NCBI GenBank assembly: GCA_039809385.1
Contig: JBDHUY010000003.1
Coordinates: forward strand, 64,001-128,000
DNA: 64,000 nucleotides
From: Candidatus Altimarinota bacterium
GTDB taxonomy: Bacteria > Patescibacteriota > Gracilibacteria > JBDHUY01
Reading direction: 5' to 3'
This document shows, piece by piece, positions 27,778 through 37,809 of the stretch. Under the pieces are notes generated by a model, which ran no database searches, was not told where the DNA came from, and saw only the letters and a list, made by a program, of their open reading frames with translations. The position numbers and the translations under genes were made by a program. Numbering within the stretch: the stretch's first letter is position 1; each line of letters starts with the position of its first letter.

Positions 27778-30378
27778 ATGATGCTTTCTCAAACAAAAAA
27801 AAATATCGGTTCGGTGCTCTTCTTCTGGTTGATGCTCTCATTTTTTTTTCCGGTAAAACCGGTTTTTTCCCAAAGTGACGGTGTAGACCTTACGGCCACC
27901 GTCAATGCGCCCTTACCCGTGGATGCGCCCGTCATGCAGCTGGCCTGTGTCAGTGGTATCGACACTATCCGCGCAAATCTATCCGCCGCCGGCGGGGCCG
28001 CCAACCGCGAATATCAATATGAGATCGGTGATACGGCTCTTTTTAATAATATTGTTGTTGCCTCTTCCTGGAGTCCCCAACTTTTTTATGCGTTCAATGG
28101 CGTCAATTATACTGCCGGTACATATTATCTGAGAGCTAAATCCCGCGATACATTTACTCTTGATGAAAGTCCGTATTCCAATGTCGTGGATACGTTAATT
28201 GTACGCAGTTGCGGATCCGGCGGCGGTGGAGGTAGCGGCGGCGGAATCGTGCTGTCTTCTTCATCCAATGCGAACAATACAAATCGTAATGGGGCGTCGG
28301 CCAATCGAAACTTGAATACTTCCAATGTGAACGCGTTCAATCACAACAGCAATATTGCGCCGATTACCAATGTCCAGATCAGCATCGAACCTTCCACCAT
28401 AACGAATCAAACTGCGGTTACCCTTAACGTTATTGCCAACAACGCTTCGCAAATCTGTTATCAGGGCAATGGCCTTTCCTCTTCAACTGTCACGTGTATT
28501 CCGTATGCAGAGAGTGTGCCCTTGACGCTGAGCCCGGGCGACGGCGATAAATCGTTTTCAGTCTGGCTTAGAAATAATACGACCGAGACTCCGCCTCAGT
28601 CTCTCTCGATTTTCTTGGATCAGACCCCGCCGCCTATTCCGGAGGTATTTGTTCCCGAGCCTGTTACGACCGATCGATTTGTCAACCTGGGATTTGTGTT
28701 GCCGCCCGATGTGACCGGCCTGTATATAGCCGGAGATGGTATCCTTAATAATGGCAATACGTTTGAATGGATCAATCCGACTCGTTTACTGGATCTTATC
28801 TTGAGCGGCCCTGCCGGGATAAAAACAATCACCGTTACGACTCGCGATATGGCCGGAAACGTTAGTCCGCCACGGACAATTACGATCGAATTGATCGATA
28901 TACCGCTGAATGAGAATCAAAACGTCCAAACCAATACCAATGCTTTTCCAGTCTTTAATACCAACCAAAACCAAAATGTCCGTCAGAATAATAACAGAAA
29001 TGCCCCGCTTAACCGGAACCAGAATCGAACTGTCAATCAAAATGCCAACCGGTCGTCTTCGAACGCGAACGAGCATCCGCCCTTGCCAAATCCAAACGCC
29101 AACCTGACTCCACCCTCTTTGGATCAGGATAACGACAACGTCAATTCGAGCGATGAGACCGATGTTTATCATACCGATCCGGCCAAAAATGATACCGACG
29201 ATGATGGATTAAGCGACGGCGAAGAGATCAATATAACCCATACCGACCCGTTGGTAAAAGATACAGATGGCGACCTTCTCTCGGATGCCGATGAGATAAA
29301 CCAGTATCATACCGATCCAAATAAACCGGATACCGACGGAGATACGTTTAGCGATGCCTCCGAGATTCAGGCTGGAACCAACCCTCTGGATAGTAACGAC
29401 TTTCCGGGCAAGGTCGATCCGCTGAAAACCGATGTATTGAGCGGGGAGGAATGCGCCTCGGATAAAGATAAAGACGGTTTATCCGCCTGTCTTGAACAAA
29501 ATCTGGGTACCGATCCGTCGCTTCAGGATACTGACGGAGACTCCTATTCCGATGGAGACGAAGTCTTACTTTATGGTACCAACCCGCTTGATCCGAATGA
29601 CAATCCTGATACGAACACCAATCTGAAAATCGTCAATTTCCGTCCTCCCAACCCGGACCAGGAAGTGGTTACCACAAGCGACTGGTTTATCAGAGGAGTA
29701 TGTCTCTATCCTTCTACGGTGAAGGTCTATCTGGTAGATCAGAATGGACAGGAGGAGGAACTGGGACAAAGCACGTGTCTCGATACCAAGATTTTTTTGC
29801 TCGAAGCCGAAAAAAACTTTGAAGACGGATATTACAATCTCATCGCCCGGCGGTACGGCGAAGATAATACGGTGATCGAAGAATCCCGCTCTATCGCTAT
29901 CGTGGTGGACAAAACCCGGGCGGTAAAGCCTCCCCGGGCGGTTGCTCTGGACGATAAACCGTTGCCGGAGGACGTAAAATTGATTGCCCGGGTCGAGATT
30001 ACGAACAATGTTCCTACCGTATATTGTCAAACAGTACCCGGCGCCCGGGTTGAGGCGACGTTTCAGAGTATCGTCACCTCATCCGCGATGATTGCCGATG
30101 CTACTACCGGTAATTGCTCGGTTACCGCCGCACAAGCTTTGGAAAAGGGCGATCATCGTGTCGTGCTCTATGCCGTTACGCCTCAGGGGCTGCGCAGTTC
30201 CAAAGTGATCGTACCGTTTACAATCACGGATGCACTTGCGGCGGCCACAGAACGCGGATTTAGCTGGTGGTGGTTGCTGCTCCTGCTGGTGCTGACTTCC
30301 GGGGCTACATACTGGTATTATCTACGTGAGAAACGCAAAAAATTACCTAAACAGAAAGAACAGGGAGCAACTATATAA
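27778..30378 (+). CDS. Large surface protein with Ig-like domains, Asn-rich linkers, bacterial TSP3-like Ca-binding repeats and C-terminal membrane anchor
   Basis: Signal peptide; repeated TDPxxxDTDGDxxSDxxE units; ends WWWLLLLLVLTSGATYWYYLREKRKK. Confidence 0.88.
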   Translation: MMLSQTKKNIGSVLFFWLMLSFFFPVKPVFSQSDGVDLTATVNAPLPVDAPVMQLACVSGIDTIRANLSAAGGAANREYQYEIGDTALFNNIVVASSWSPQLFYAFNGVNYTAGTYYLRAKSRDTFTLDESPYSNVVDTLIVRSCGSGGGGGSGGGIVLSSSSNANNTNRNGASANRNLNTSNVNAFNHNSNIAPITNVQISIEPSTITNQTAVTLNVIANNASQICYQGNGLSSSTVTCIPYAESVPLTLSPGDGDKSFSVWLRNNTTETPPQSLSIFLDQTPPPIPEVFVPEPVTTDRFVNLGFVLPPDVTGLYIAGDGILNNGNTFEWINPTRLLDLILSGPAGIKTITVTTRDMAGNVSPPRTITIELIDIPLNENQNVQTNTNAFPVFNTNQNQNVRQNNNRNAPLNRNQNRTVNQNANRSSSNANEHPPLPNPNANLTPPSLDQDNDNVNSSDETDVYHTDPAKNDTDDDGLSDGEEINITHTDPLVKDTDGDLLSDADEINQYHTDPNKPDTDGDTFSDASEIQAGTNPLDSNDFPGKVDPLKTDVLSGEECASDKDKDGLSACLEQNLGTDPSLQDTDGDSYSDGDEVLLYGTNPLDPNDNPDTNTNLKIVNFRPPNPDQEVVTTSDWFIRGVCLYPSTVKVYLVDQNGQEEELGQSTCLDTKIFLLEAEKNFEDGYYNLIARRYGEDNTVIEESRSIAIVVDKTRAVKPPRAVALDDKPLPEDVKLIARVEITNNVPTVYCQTVPGARVEATFQSIVTSSAMIADATTGNCSVTAAQALEKGDHRVVLYAVTPQGLRSSKVIVPFTITDALAAATERGFSWWWLLLLLVLTSGATYWYYLREKRKKLPKQKEQGATI

Positions 30379-30399
30379 TTCATAAATGTCACATATAAA

Positions 30400-30834
30400 A
30401 TGTCACATGTTACAAGAAAACAGAAGTTTATTACAGGTTCAGTTTCACTTCCTCTTTCTAGTTTTCTTTCGGAACTTGATGCCGCATCAATCCGATCTTT
30501 CTGCCGTCTTTCGACAGTACTGGCAGTCGTGGCGACGGTATTTGTATTGAGCGGGTGTTCAGCCTCCGCTTCGCAAGAAGACCTTTTTGTCGACGCGACC
30601 TCCGATATTGCTTGCGCTACTCAGCAAAACAATCTCGATGTCCGCAAGGATTCTGCGGATTCTCAGCCATTAAAAAATGGGAAAGAATTAGAAGCTGCGG
30701 CGACTTCGATCGCCAAACGCTATGGTTTTGACGATCTGGAAGAGCTTAATTCGTTGGCCAGAAAATACAAAAATAACGAAGACGTCCTGAGCCGTACCAG
30801 GCAAAAGATCCAGCAGCGTTGTCCGAGTACGTAA
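30400..30834 (+). CDS. Putative lipoprotein
   Basis: Hydrophobic stretch ending in lipobox LSGC; small helical domain with two more Cys. Start uncertain. Confidence 0.65.
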   Translation: MSHVTRKQKFITGSVSLPLSSFLSELDAASIRSFCRLSTVLAVVATVFVLSGCSASASQEDLFVDATSDIACATQQNNLDVRKDSADSQPLKNGKELEAAATSIAKRYGFDDLEELNSLARKYKNNEDVLSRTRQKIQQRCPST

Positions 30835-31050
30835 GTCTGAGCCGGGAAAAGCGCATGTGATTTTACTGAAATCCGTCGACATTGATTGAAATTGGTAAAG
30901 ATTTAAGCGAACAGCTTTGCGGTTAATCTTTATTTCAGTCGTCCTAGATTCTTTATTCTTGTCTCCTTAAGGCATCCGGCTGGTTCGGACGTTTTTTTTG
31001 ATCGGAGCTTGGACGGTAGAGGTCGAATCATGGTATACTTATGGGAAACT

Positions 31051-33570
31051 ATGAATATGCAAACCAACAATCTCGCCCGCTGGGTCAGTAAAGTCTTCAA
31101 TATCTCGCCGCGCGAAGTAGTACGCGTTCTCAATACCTGGGTCCTCAGATTTCTGTATTATTTGGGATTCTTTCTCTCCTGGACTCTCTCTATCGCGCTT
31201 TTTGTCGACCGCTACGGCATTTTTTACTTGCCCTTGTTTTATATCGCCCAGGCCGGATTTTCTATTTTTGGATCGTTTATCTACAGCCAGCTGACCTATC
31301 GCATTGCGCTCGGAAAGTTATTGTTCATCACCGTAGTTGGCCTGGTCTTATCTTTGTTTCTAGCCGTAGCTAATCTGACGACTCCTTTGCTCTTCTTTGT
31401 GTTTTTGCTGCTTGCCACCGGTATATTTATTCCCCAGATCGATATTTTACTGGCCCGCTACAGTGAAGAAAACTTTTCGCCGCTGGAAAGCCAACGAGTC
31501 TTACCTTTCATCGACAGTACCGAACCGATCGGGGGTATTTTAGCCGGTATTTTGATCAGTACGTTTATCGGTTTTTTGCACGCCGAAACATTTTTGTTTT
31601 TCGTAGCCGGTGTGTTTTCTCTCCTGCTGGCGGCTTTTTTCCTGGTCGTACGCGTCCGCCGCCGCAGCTCGGTTACTCCCGACGAAAAAGAACACGGCAC
31701 CATCGTTTCGATCAAGCGCGGACTCGAACATCTTAAGGCTATCTCCTTTATGCGCGGTCTGGCTATTCTGGTATTTGTCTGGATCCTGGCTTTTAATACG
31801 GTAGAGATACATTTTACCAAGACTGTTGAAGAGCTGCTCCATCACGGTTCTTCTCAGGAACATGCCGAAAGTATACCAAGTGCGGTTGAAACGGTTCACG
31901 GAGCTGCCGAGGAACACCCCCCTGTTCCTGTTAGCAATATCCTGTCCGAGGACAAGCCGGAAAGATCGGCATTGAAAGATGTGCTGGCTGAAAGGCTTGG
32001 CTCCTTCCAGATTCTCTTTTCCGCGCTGGTCTTTATCATGCAACTTTTTTTCAGCAGCCGGATTCTACATCGTTTGGGGTTGATCCGCAGTTTTTTTTGT
32101 ATGCCGCTTTTGGCGCTTTTCGGCAGTGTACCGGCGATCTTTTTTTCGGGAGGACTGTTATTGCCGGCTTATTTGAAAGGTGTTTTGGATACCTTGGGAT
32201 CGGTCCACAAAGTAGCCTACCATAATGCCTATTATGCTATTCCCGAACATATCCGCGAACATATTCGCGAACTGATGGAAGGCGTGGTACGTCCGGTGGG
32301 CGTGATTGTCAGCATGGCGGTGATTTTCTCGTTTCAGTATCTTTTTCAGGGTGGAGACAAGCTGTTTATCAATATTCTGCTAACCGTAGCTTTTGCCGCG
32401 ATGATTTTCATTACCCGCCAATTGCGCAAAGAGTACACCTCAATCGCCAAAAAGAATCTGGAAATGTCGAAGGAGTTCGGTTTAAAATCGCATGCGATCG
32501 AGATACTGAGTCAGAAAGGACATGAAAATGCGGCCGATATTCTGAGCAAATCTCTTCTTTATCGTAAAGAGACCTCCGAAGTAAAAGTAAAGATCCTGCA
32601 TGCGCTGGGCGATATTCAGGATCCGTTGTCGCTTCCCGAGATCTTGTTGTGTCTGCAAGATTCCGATCTGGAGGTTAAGATTGCCGCATGTCAGGCTTTG
32701 TCGAAGTTTAAAAATCTGGGCCAGCATTTCTATTCCCAGGCTTTTTCGCAACATCGCATCATTGTTTCTCTGACCGAACTTTTTCACCACGAAAACAGTA
32801 AACGGATCCGCTCGGCTATTATTCGTACCTTTGCGCGATTACAGCATGCCAATACTGTCCCTTTTTTAATTGAGACAATTCAAAACACCGACGACGAAGT
32901 ATTGATCGCCGATTCAATTTACGTGATGGGACTTTTCAAAGACGTGAGTACCTGGCATTATGTTTCGCCGTTTTTGACCTCCTCCAACCCGCGGATCAAG
33001 GCCAATGCCATTATCGCGTTGTGGCAGTTTGAAAAATATCGACTACAGCTTCTCATCCACCTGCTCGCTTTGCTCGAGAGCAAGGATAAAAACAATAATC
33101 TTTCGGGTATTTACGCCGTTGGAGAGATCAAAGCGATTCAGGAGTTGCCTTTACTGAAAAAGTTTTTGGCTGTCACCGACGATATGGATATACGCCGCTA
33201 TGCGGCCGTCGCACTGCTAAAATTGAATCAGGATGAAGCGATTGCGCCTTTGCTGAGTCTCCTGTTTGAAGAAGGCGAAGAGTTAGCCCTCAAGACGTAC
33301 GAGGATATTCGAGAAATACACAATAAGACCTCGCTCAATCTGCGTAAACTCATTCACACCGAGGGGACGAATCTGGTCAACCGGCTCCTCTTTGACCACG
33401 GTCTCCACCATTCGGAATGGAAAGACTTGCCTCGCGAAAAACTTGTCTTACTGTTACGGTACTATCGTCTTCTGGATCATGAAAAAGAAGCGTTTCGGGT
33501 GAAGAACTTGCTCAGAGATATGGAAGCAAGCGGACAGCTTACGGCTCACAGCTTACAGTCTACACCGTAA
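31051..33570 (+). CDS. MFS-like (Npt/TLC-type nucleotide transporter-like) membrane protein fused to HEAT repeats
   Basis: ~12 TM helices with FSPLESQRVLPFI and IRELMEGVVRPVG motifs, then HEAT-like repeats (LQDSDLEVKIAACQAL, LTSSNPRIKANAIIALW). Confidence 0.75.
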   Translation: MNMQTNNLARWVSKVFNISPREVVRVLNTWVLRFLYYLGFFLSWTLSIALFVDRYGIFYLPLFYIAQAGFSIFGSFIYSQLTYRIALGKLLFITVVGLVLSLFLAVANLTTPLLFFVFLLLATGIFIPQIDILLARYSEENFSPLESQRVLPFIDSTEPIGGILAGILISTFIGFLHAETFLFFVAGVFSLLLAAFFLVVRVRRRSSVTPDEKEHGTIVSIKRGLEHLKAISFMRGLAILVFVWILAFNTVEIHFTKTVEELLHHGSSQEHAESIPSAVETVHGAAEEHPPVPVSNILSEDKPERSALKDVLAERLGSFQILFSALVFIMQLFFSSRILHRLGLIRSFFCMPLLALFGSVPAIFFSGGLLLPAYLKGVLDTLGSVHKVAYHNAYYAIPEHIREHIRELMEGVVRPVGVIVSMAVIFSFQYLFQGGDKLFINILLTVAFAAMIFITRQLRKEYTSIAKKNLEMSKEFGLKSHAIEILSQKGHENAADILSKSLLYRKETSEVKVKILHALGDIQDPLSLPEILLCLQDSDLEVKIAACQALSKFKNLGQHFYSQAFSQHRIIVSLTELFHHENSKRIRSAIIRTFARLQHANTVPFLIETIQNTDDEVLIADSIYVMGLFKDVSTWHYVSPFLTSSNPRIKANAIIALWQFEKYRLQLLIHLLALLESKDKNNNLSGIYAVGEIKAIQELPLLKKFLAVTDDMDIRRYAAVALLKLNQDEAIAPLLSLLFEEGEELALKTYEDIREIHNKTSLNLRKLIHTEGTNLVNRLLFDHGLHHSEWKDLPREKLVLLLRYYRLLDHEKEAFRVKNLLRDMEASGQLTAHSLQSTP

Positions 33571-33691
33571 AAGGGCTATTTGAGATTCCCGATGCGTTTT
33601 TTTGCTGGCAGCCGTCGACTGCCGGTTGTTCTCTCTTTGCTTTTGTGATGATCTGAAAAAACGGTATAATCGGGGTACTTGATTTTTTCGT

Positions 33692-34858
33692 ATGCGCATT
33701 GTCTTTACCAGATTTCCGTTTTCTTCGGCACTCGGCGGACTGGAAACCGTGACGCTCCGCATGGCCCGGGGACTGCGGGAAAGGGGATATGACGTTTCGT
33801 TTATCGGGACCTGTCCGGTTTTGTCCAGACTCTTTGAAGAAGCCGGCTTTTCTACGACCTATCTATGGTTGCCGCGCGCACCTGTTTCCAAACAAAGCCT
33901 GCTGGTTTTCCTGGCTATGTGGCCGTGGCTTTTTTTCCAAAAGCGCCGTTTTTTACGTCTCTTTACAAAAGGCGATGCGGTCTATATGCTCTCTCTTTCT
34001 GAAAAAATATTGTTGACCAAGTCACTCAAACGCGACGGGGTACGTGTCGTATGGGGAGAGCACGAGGCGCTCATGGAAGATGACGGACATTGGCGTAACT
34101 GGTTGGCGAAAAATCCTTTGTTGGGTTTCTACCGTCGCATGTCTTCCTATGCCAGGGTTGTGGCGGTCTCGGATCGTCTCGGACAACAGTTTGAACAACT
34201 GGGAAACATTCGTAATCTGATCGTTATCCCCAACGGCGTCGATACTGAAGTATTCCGCCCGATGTCTTCTTCTGATTCGCTTTTTCGCGCGCTTACCGAT
34301 CTGCGAAAAAAACATCCGGATATCTTTCTGATCGGTACGGTAGCTCGTTTAAAACCCGAAAAGGGGGTACGCGAGTTTCTCAGTGTTGCCGAGCGGCTGT
34401 CTTTGAAAATGCCTGCTTGCCATTTCATTCTGGCTGGCGACGGCGAATTACGTTCCGAATTGCAAGAAGCCGTTCGCGCCAAAAATATGGCAGAACGCGT
34501 TACCTTGCTGGGTGAAATCCCGGCTACCGGGATTCCGTCATTGTATGCTTCTTTGGATCTGTGTCTGTTTCTCTCGACCACCAAAGAAACGTTCGGACTT
34601 ACGGCTGTCGAAGCAATGGCGATGCAGCGGCCCACACTGATTTCGAAGCATTTTGGTTTTTTATCGCCCGACTTGTTCCATGAAGAGTATATTCTGGATC
34701 CGCATGATATCGATGGTGTGGTCGCTACGGTGTTGTGGTTGGTTCAATCTCCGGAAAGTTTACAACTACTTGCTAGGAAACAACGAGATCTGGTGCTCCA
34801 TCGGTTTTCGATTCAGAGTATGCTTAATGCGTACGAGCGTTTGTTTACGTCTCAATGA
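33692..34858 (+). CDS. Glycosyltransferase family 4
   Basis: GGLETV, VIPNGVD, VARLKPEKG, ETFGLTAVEAMA. Confidence 0.92.
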   Translation: MRIVFTRFPFSSALGGLETVTLRMARGLRERGYDVSFIGTCPVLSRLFEEAGFSTTYLWLPRAPVSKQSLLVFLAMWPWLFFQKRRFLRLFTKGDAVYMLSLSEKILLTKSLKRDGVRVVWGEHEALMEDDGHWRNWLAKNPLLGFYRRMSSYARVVAVSDRLGQQFEQLGNIRNLIVIPNGVDTEVFRPMSSSDSLFRALTDLRKKHPDIFLIGTVARLKPEKGVREFLSVAERLSLKMPACHFILAGDGELRSELQEAVRAKNMAERVTLLGEIPATGIPSLYASLDLCLFLSTTKETFGLTAVEAMAMQRPTLISKHFGFLSPDLFHEEYILDPHDIDGVVATVLWLVQSPESLQLLARKQRDLVLHRFSIQSMLNAYERLFTSQ

Positions 34859-36282
34859 ATCTTGCTAAACCGACTTACCAGCTCATCTACCACGCTTGAA
34901 CCGTCTTTATACAGAATCGTCCGTACCCAGCGGGCCGTATTGCCTTTGCGGTTGGGACCGGTGAGTGTGACTTCCTGAAAATGACGGTTGCCGAGCATCT
35001 GGAGATTTACCACATTATCCTTGGGGTAACGAACATGGAGTAAAAGGGGCGATCCGGTATTGTTTTTAAACCTCAAATTCGGCCTGCTCCCATAGACAGC
35101 GGCGTCCAGTCCGAATTTTTCCATCGGGTAAAAACTTCGGTAAAAAATCGTATGTTCGCGCCGTTCGGTTATCTGGAGTCCGCTGCGGTAGGCCGCTTCA
35201 AAGATTGCGGTAGCTGCTCCGCAGATACCGCCTCCCACCGCTTTCTCCTCTTTCCCTTTGATAATCACCCAGCCCAATAAAAACTCGCGTAGCCCGTTAT
35301 CGTAAATTTTGTCGGCAAAATTAAATTCCTCGTCGGGCATCAGTACCATTCCGTCGATTTTAGCCAAGGCAATCTTGATATTCGTTTTTCTATACGAAGG
35401 GCTTTTGCTAAAATCATATTCCGATTCGCCGACTTTTTCGCGTACTCCCAGTTCGCGTACTTTTTCTTTGACCGTATCGGACAACTCCGGATCGTACAGC
35501 AGCGGATTTTCTTCCAGCGTCGCCAGCGTTGTCGCAAAGGCATCGCGTACCGCACTCAATTGTTCCAGTTTGCGCGACAATTCTTCACTTTTCCCGGTGT
35601 CGCGCAGGCGATATACTTTTGCGTTCCCTTCGGCAAGGATCGTATTGTAGTGTTCCAGAGTTTTACGGGTACGGTCGATGTTATAGTATTTCGCAGTAGT
35701 CACTTCATAAGGATTGGCTTCCAGACCAGGGAAGTAGCTTTCCAAAACACCGTCATACGATGACAAAATCAGATCGCGGTTAAGAATTGCCAAGGCTTCG
35801 TCGCCCGAAAGTGTATCTATCGGAGTCCCTTCGCTCAAAATTCCGTCTCCGAGGGCTTCGAACAAATACGGTGCGTACCACGGACCGTACTCTCCGGCCT
35901 GTTGCGCGGCTGTCAGAAGTTCTGGCGAATTCTCCCATTTCATGGTATAGAATATTTTCAGAAAAACCGGCAATGAAATAGTACTGTCCCCTTGGAAATA
36001 ACTTTCGATATTGTTACACGTAATCACTTCCATGTCGCATGCGGTCGTGACCAGGGCATACGATGTATCGGACGGCCATACGTCGAGCCAGTATTGTTTA
36101 AAAGTCGGAGGTGTAATAACATAATCGGGGTTGACGTGTCGTCCGAAATGTCCAAACAAAATATCCAGCGCCTGGTTCTTAGTCAAATTTTGTTCTTCGG
36201 CTTCTACGAAAGCGTTACTTTGAAAAAACATCGTCCCGCAGACGATGCTTAATGTAAGAATGACGACGCTATGAAGTTTCAT
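34852..36282 (-). CDS. Secreted VanW-domain protein with degenerate SLH-like N-terminus
   Basis: VGGGICGAATAIFEAAYRSGLQITERREH, GLDAAVY, LRFKNNTG. Confidence 0.85.
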   Translation of the reverse strand: MKLHSVVILTLSIVCGTMFFQSNAFVEAEEQNLTKNQALDILFGHFGRHVNPDYVITPPTFKQYWLDVWPSDTSYALVTTACDMEVITCNNIESYFQGDSTISLPVFLKIFYTMKWENSPELLTAAQQAGEYGPWYAPYLFEALGDGILSEGTPIDTLSGDEALAILNRDLILSSYDGVLESYFPGLEANPYEVTTAKYYNIDRTRKTLEHYNTILAEGNAKVYRLRDTGKSEELSRKLEQLSAVRDAFATTLATLEENPLLYDPELSDTVKEKVRELGVREKVGESEYDFSKSPSYRKTNIKIALAKIDGMVLMPDEEFNFADKIYDNGLREFLLGWVIIKGKEEKAVGGGICGAATAIFEAAYRSGLQITERREHTIFYRSFYPMEKFGLDAAVYGSRPNLRFKNNTGSPLLLHVRYPKDNVVNLQMLGNRHFQEVTLTGPNRKGNTARWVRTILYKDGSSVVDELVSRFSKIH

Positions 36283-36382
36283 ATTTACCTTATGAAGATC
36301 ACGCTCTCATTGTATGTTGTGGTTACCAAAACGCAACTGAAAAATGTCGTTTCCGCGTAATTTCATTTTTTATCCGTTCCTC

Positions 36383-36739
36383 ATGTCGCTGATATCGCCC
36401 GAAAAACAGCAGGAAATACGAGAAAATCTTCTTCGTTTGTCTATTCGGGAATCCGATATTCGAGAAACTTTTGTGCGCGGGAGCGGCAGCGGGGGACAAA
36501 AGAAGAACAAGACCAGCAACTGTGTCGTGTTATCCTACCCGCCCCTCGATATCACGGTACGCTGCGAACGAGAACGGGAACGCGAGACCAATCGTTGGCT
36601 GGCGCGACGGTTGCTGGCCGAAAAAGTCGATCAGCAAAAAACGGGTAAGCGGGAAGATGTGCGTACTTCTGCGATCCATAAAAGGCGGAAGCAAAAGAAG
36701 CGGGCTGCCCGCAAACGGAGAGCGAATCAGGAAGTATGA
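36383..36739 (+). CDS. Peptidyl-tRNA hydrolase domain (RF-1/ArfB-like) ribosome-rescue factor
   Basis: ETFVRGSGSGGQKKNKTSNCV with GGQ; basic C-terminal tail. Confidence 0.88.
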   Translation: MSLISPEKQQEIRENLLRLSIRESDIRETFVRGSGSGGQKKNKTSNCVVLSYPPLDITVRCERERERETNRWLARRLLAEKVDQQKTGKREDVRTSAIHKRRKQKKRAARKRRANQEV

Positions 36740-36790
36740 ATAAACATGTATTGCTCTTTTCCTATCACTCTGGCTTTGAGTTTTTTTCTT

Positions 36791-37459
36791 TCACTCTGAG
36801 CGAAGCGAAGAGTCTCGGATTGCCACTATCTTTCGATAAAGTACATACGAGTAGACGATCGGGACAACGGCAGCTAAAAAGAGCGCGACAATGAAAACAA
36901 GAACGACCTGCCACTGAAATGTTGTATTTACAAGAAACAATAATCCTGCCACAACGAAACACCATCCGCCCAAGCGATGCGTCTTATTCCATACCTCTTC
37001 ATTCTTTAGTGTCCAGGGGGTGCGAATTCCGAAAAAATAGTTCTGACGGATTTTCCCCATGTAGTTCCCGATCAGGACAAAGAAGACGCCCAAACCGATT
37101 TGCATGAAGGGCAGAATCGATTCCTGCGGATGAAAAATGAGGTATAAAATGACACTGTGCAGGTACAGCATGAAAATCAGAAAACCGATTTGAAACATCT
37201 GCCAGGCTTTGACGAATTGCTTATACTTTTCGCGATTCGGATCTATTTTGGGAATGACCCAAAATAGTCCCTGCAACACGATCACCATAATCGGTATCAA
37301 CAAAACCGACCAGAATTTGTGGCCGTATCCGTCGATCTCGCCCGCCGCATTCCAGTGGATCGGCACCGTTTCGGGGAGCAGGGGATAAAACCAGGCCGAG
37401 AGCGCCACAATCTTGGCAATGAGAACGAGTTTTACGATCAGCCACCAGTTGGGTTTCAT
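36791..37459 (-). CDS. SdpI family immunity membrane protein (DUF1648)
   Basis: LPETVPIHWNAAGEIDGYG, GNYMGKIRQNYFFGIRTPWTL, WNKTHRLGG. Confidence 0.92.
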   Translation of the reverse strand: MKPNWWLIVKLVLIAKIVALSAWFYPLLPETVPIHWNAAGEIDGYGHKFWSVLLIPIMVIVLQGLFWVIPKIDPNREKYKQFVKAWQMFQIGFLIFMLYLHSVILYLIFHPQESILPFMQIGLGVFFVLIGNYMGKIRQNYFFGIRTPWTLKNEEVWNKTHRLGGWCFVVAGLLFLVNTTFQWQVVLVFIVALFLAAVVPIVYSYVLYRKIVAIRDSSLRSE

Positions 37460-37531
37460 GGGGGGGAAAGTTTAAGAAATAAGACAAGTATTATGTATGA
37501 TGCAGTATGTATAAAGTATGGGAGCAAGGGA

Positions 37532-37798
37532 TCATTTCTTTTTGCGATCAAGGAGTTTCATGCTCCAGGCGATGATCTCTTCGAACACCGACGTGTTGAG
37601 CGAATAAATAACGAACTGTCCCTGACGTTCGGCAATGACCAGCTTGGCTCTTTTTAAAATATCCAAATGGTGAGAGAGAGAGGCCTGGGTGATCTCGAAA
37701 TTCTTTAAAAGATCGGAGACCGACATGTCTTTCTTTTTTAACAGCCGAATAACCTTGCGCCTGTTCGGATCCGAGAGGGCCTGAAAGACAGAATCCAT
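37532..37798 (-). CDS. ArsR/SdpR family autorepressor
   Basis: MDSVFQALSDPNRRKVIRLL...SLSHHLDILKRAKLVIAERQGQFVIYSLNTSVFEE; lies upstream of the sdpI-like gene. Confidence 0.92.
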   Translation of the reverse strand: MDSVFQALSDPNRRKVIRLLKKKDMSVSDLLKNFEITQASLSHHLDILKRAKLVIAERQGQFVIYSLNTSVFEEIIAWSMKLLDRKKK

Positions 37799-37809
37799 AG
37801 ACGAAAAGA

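Noticed and set aside
34852-36282. Vancomycin resistance locus
   Set aside because: A VanW domain alone is widespread; no vanHAX or vanRS genes are nearby.
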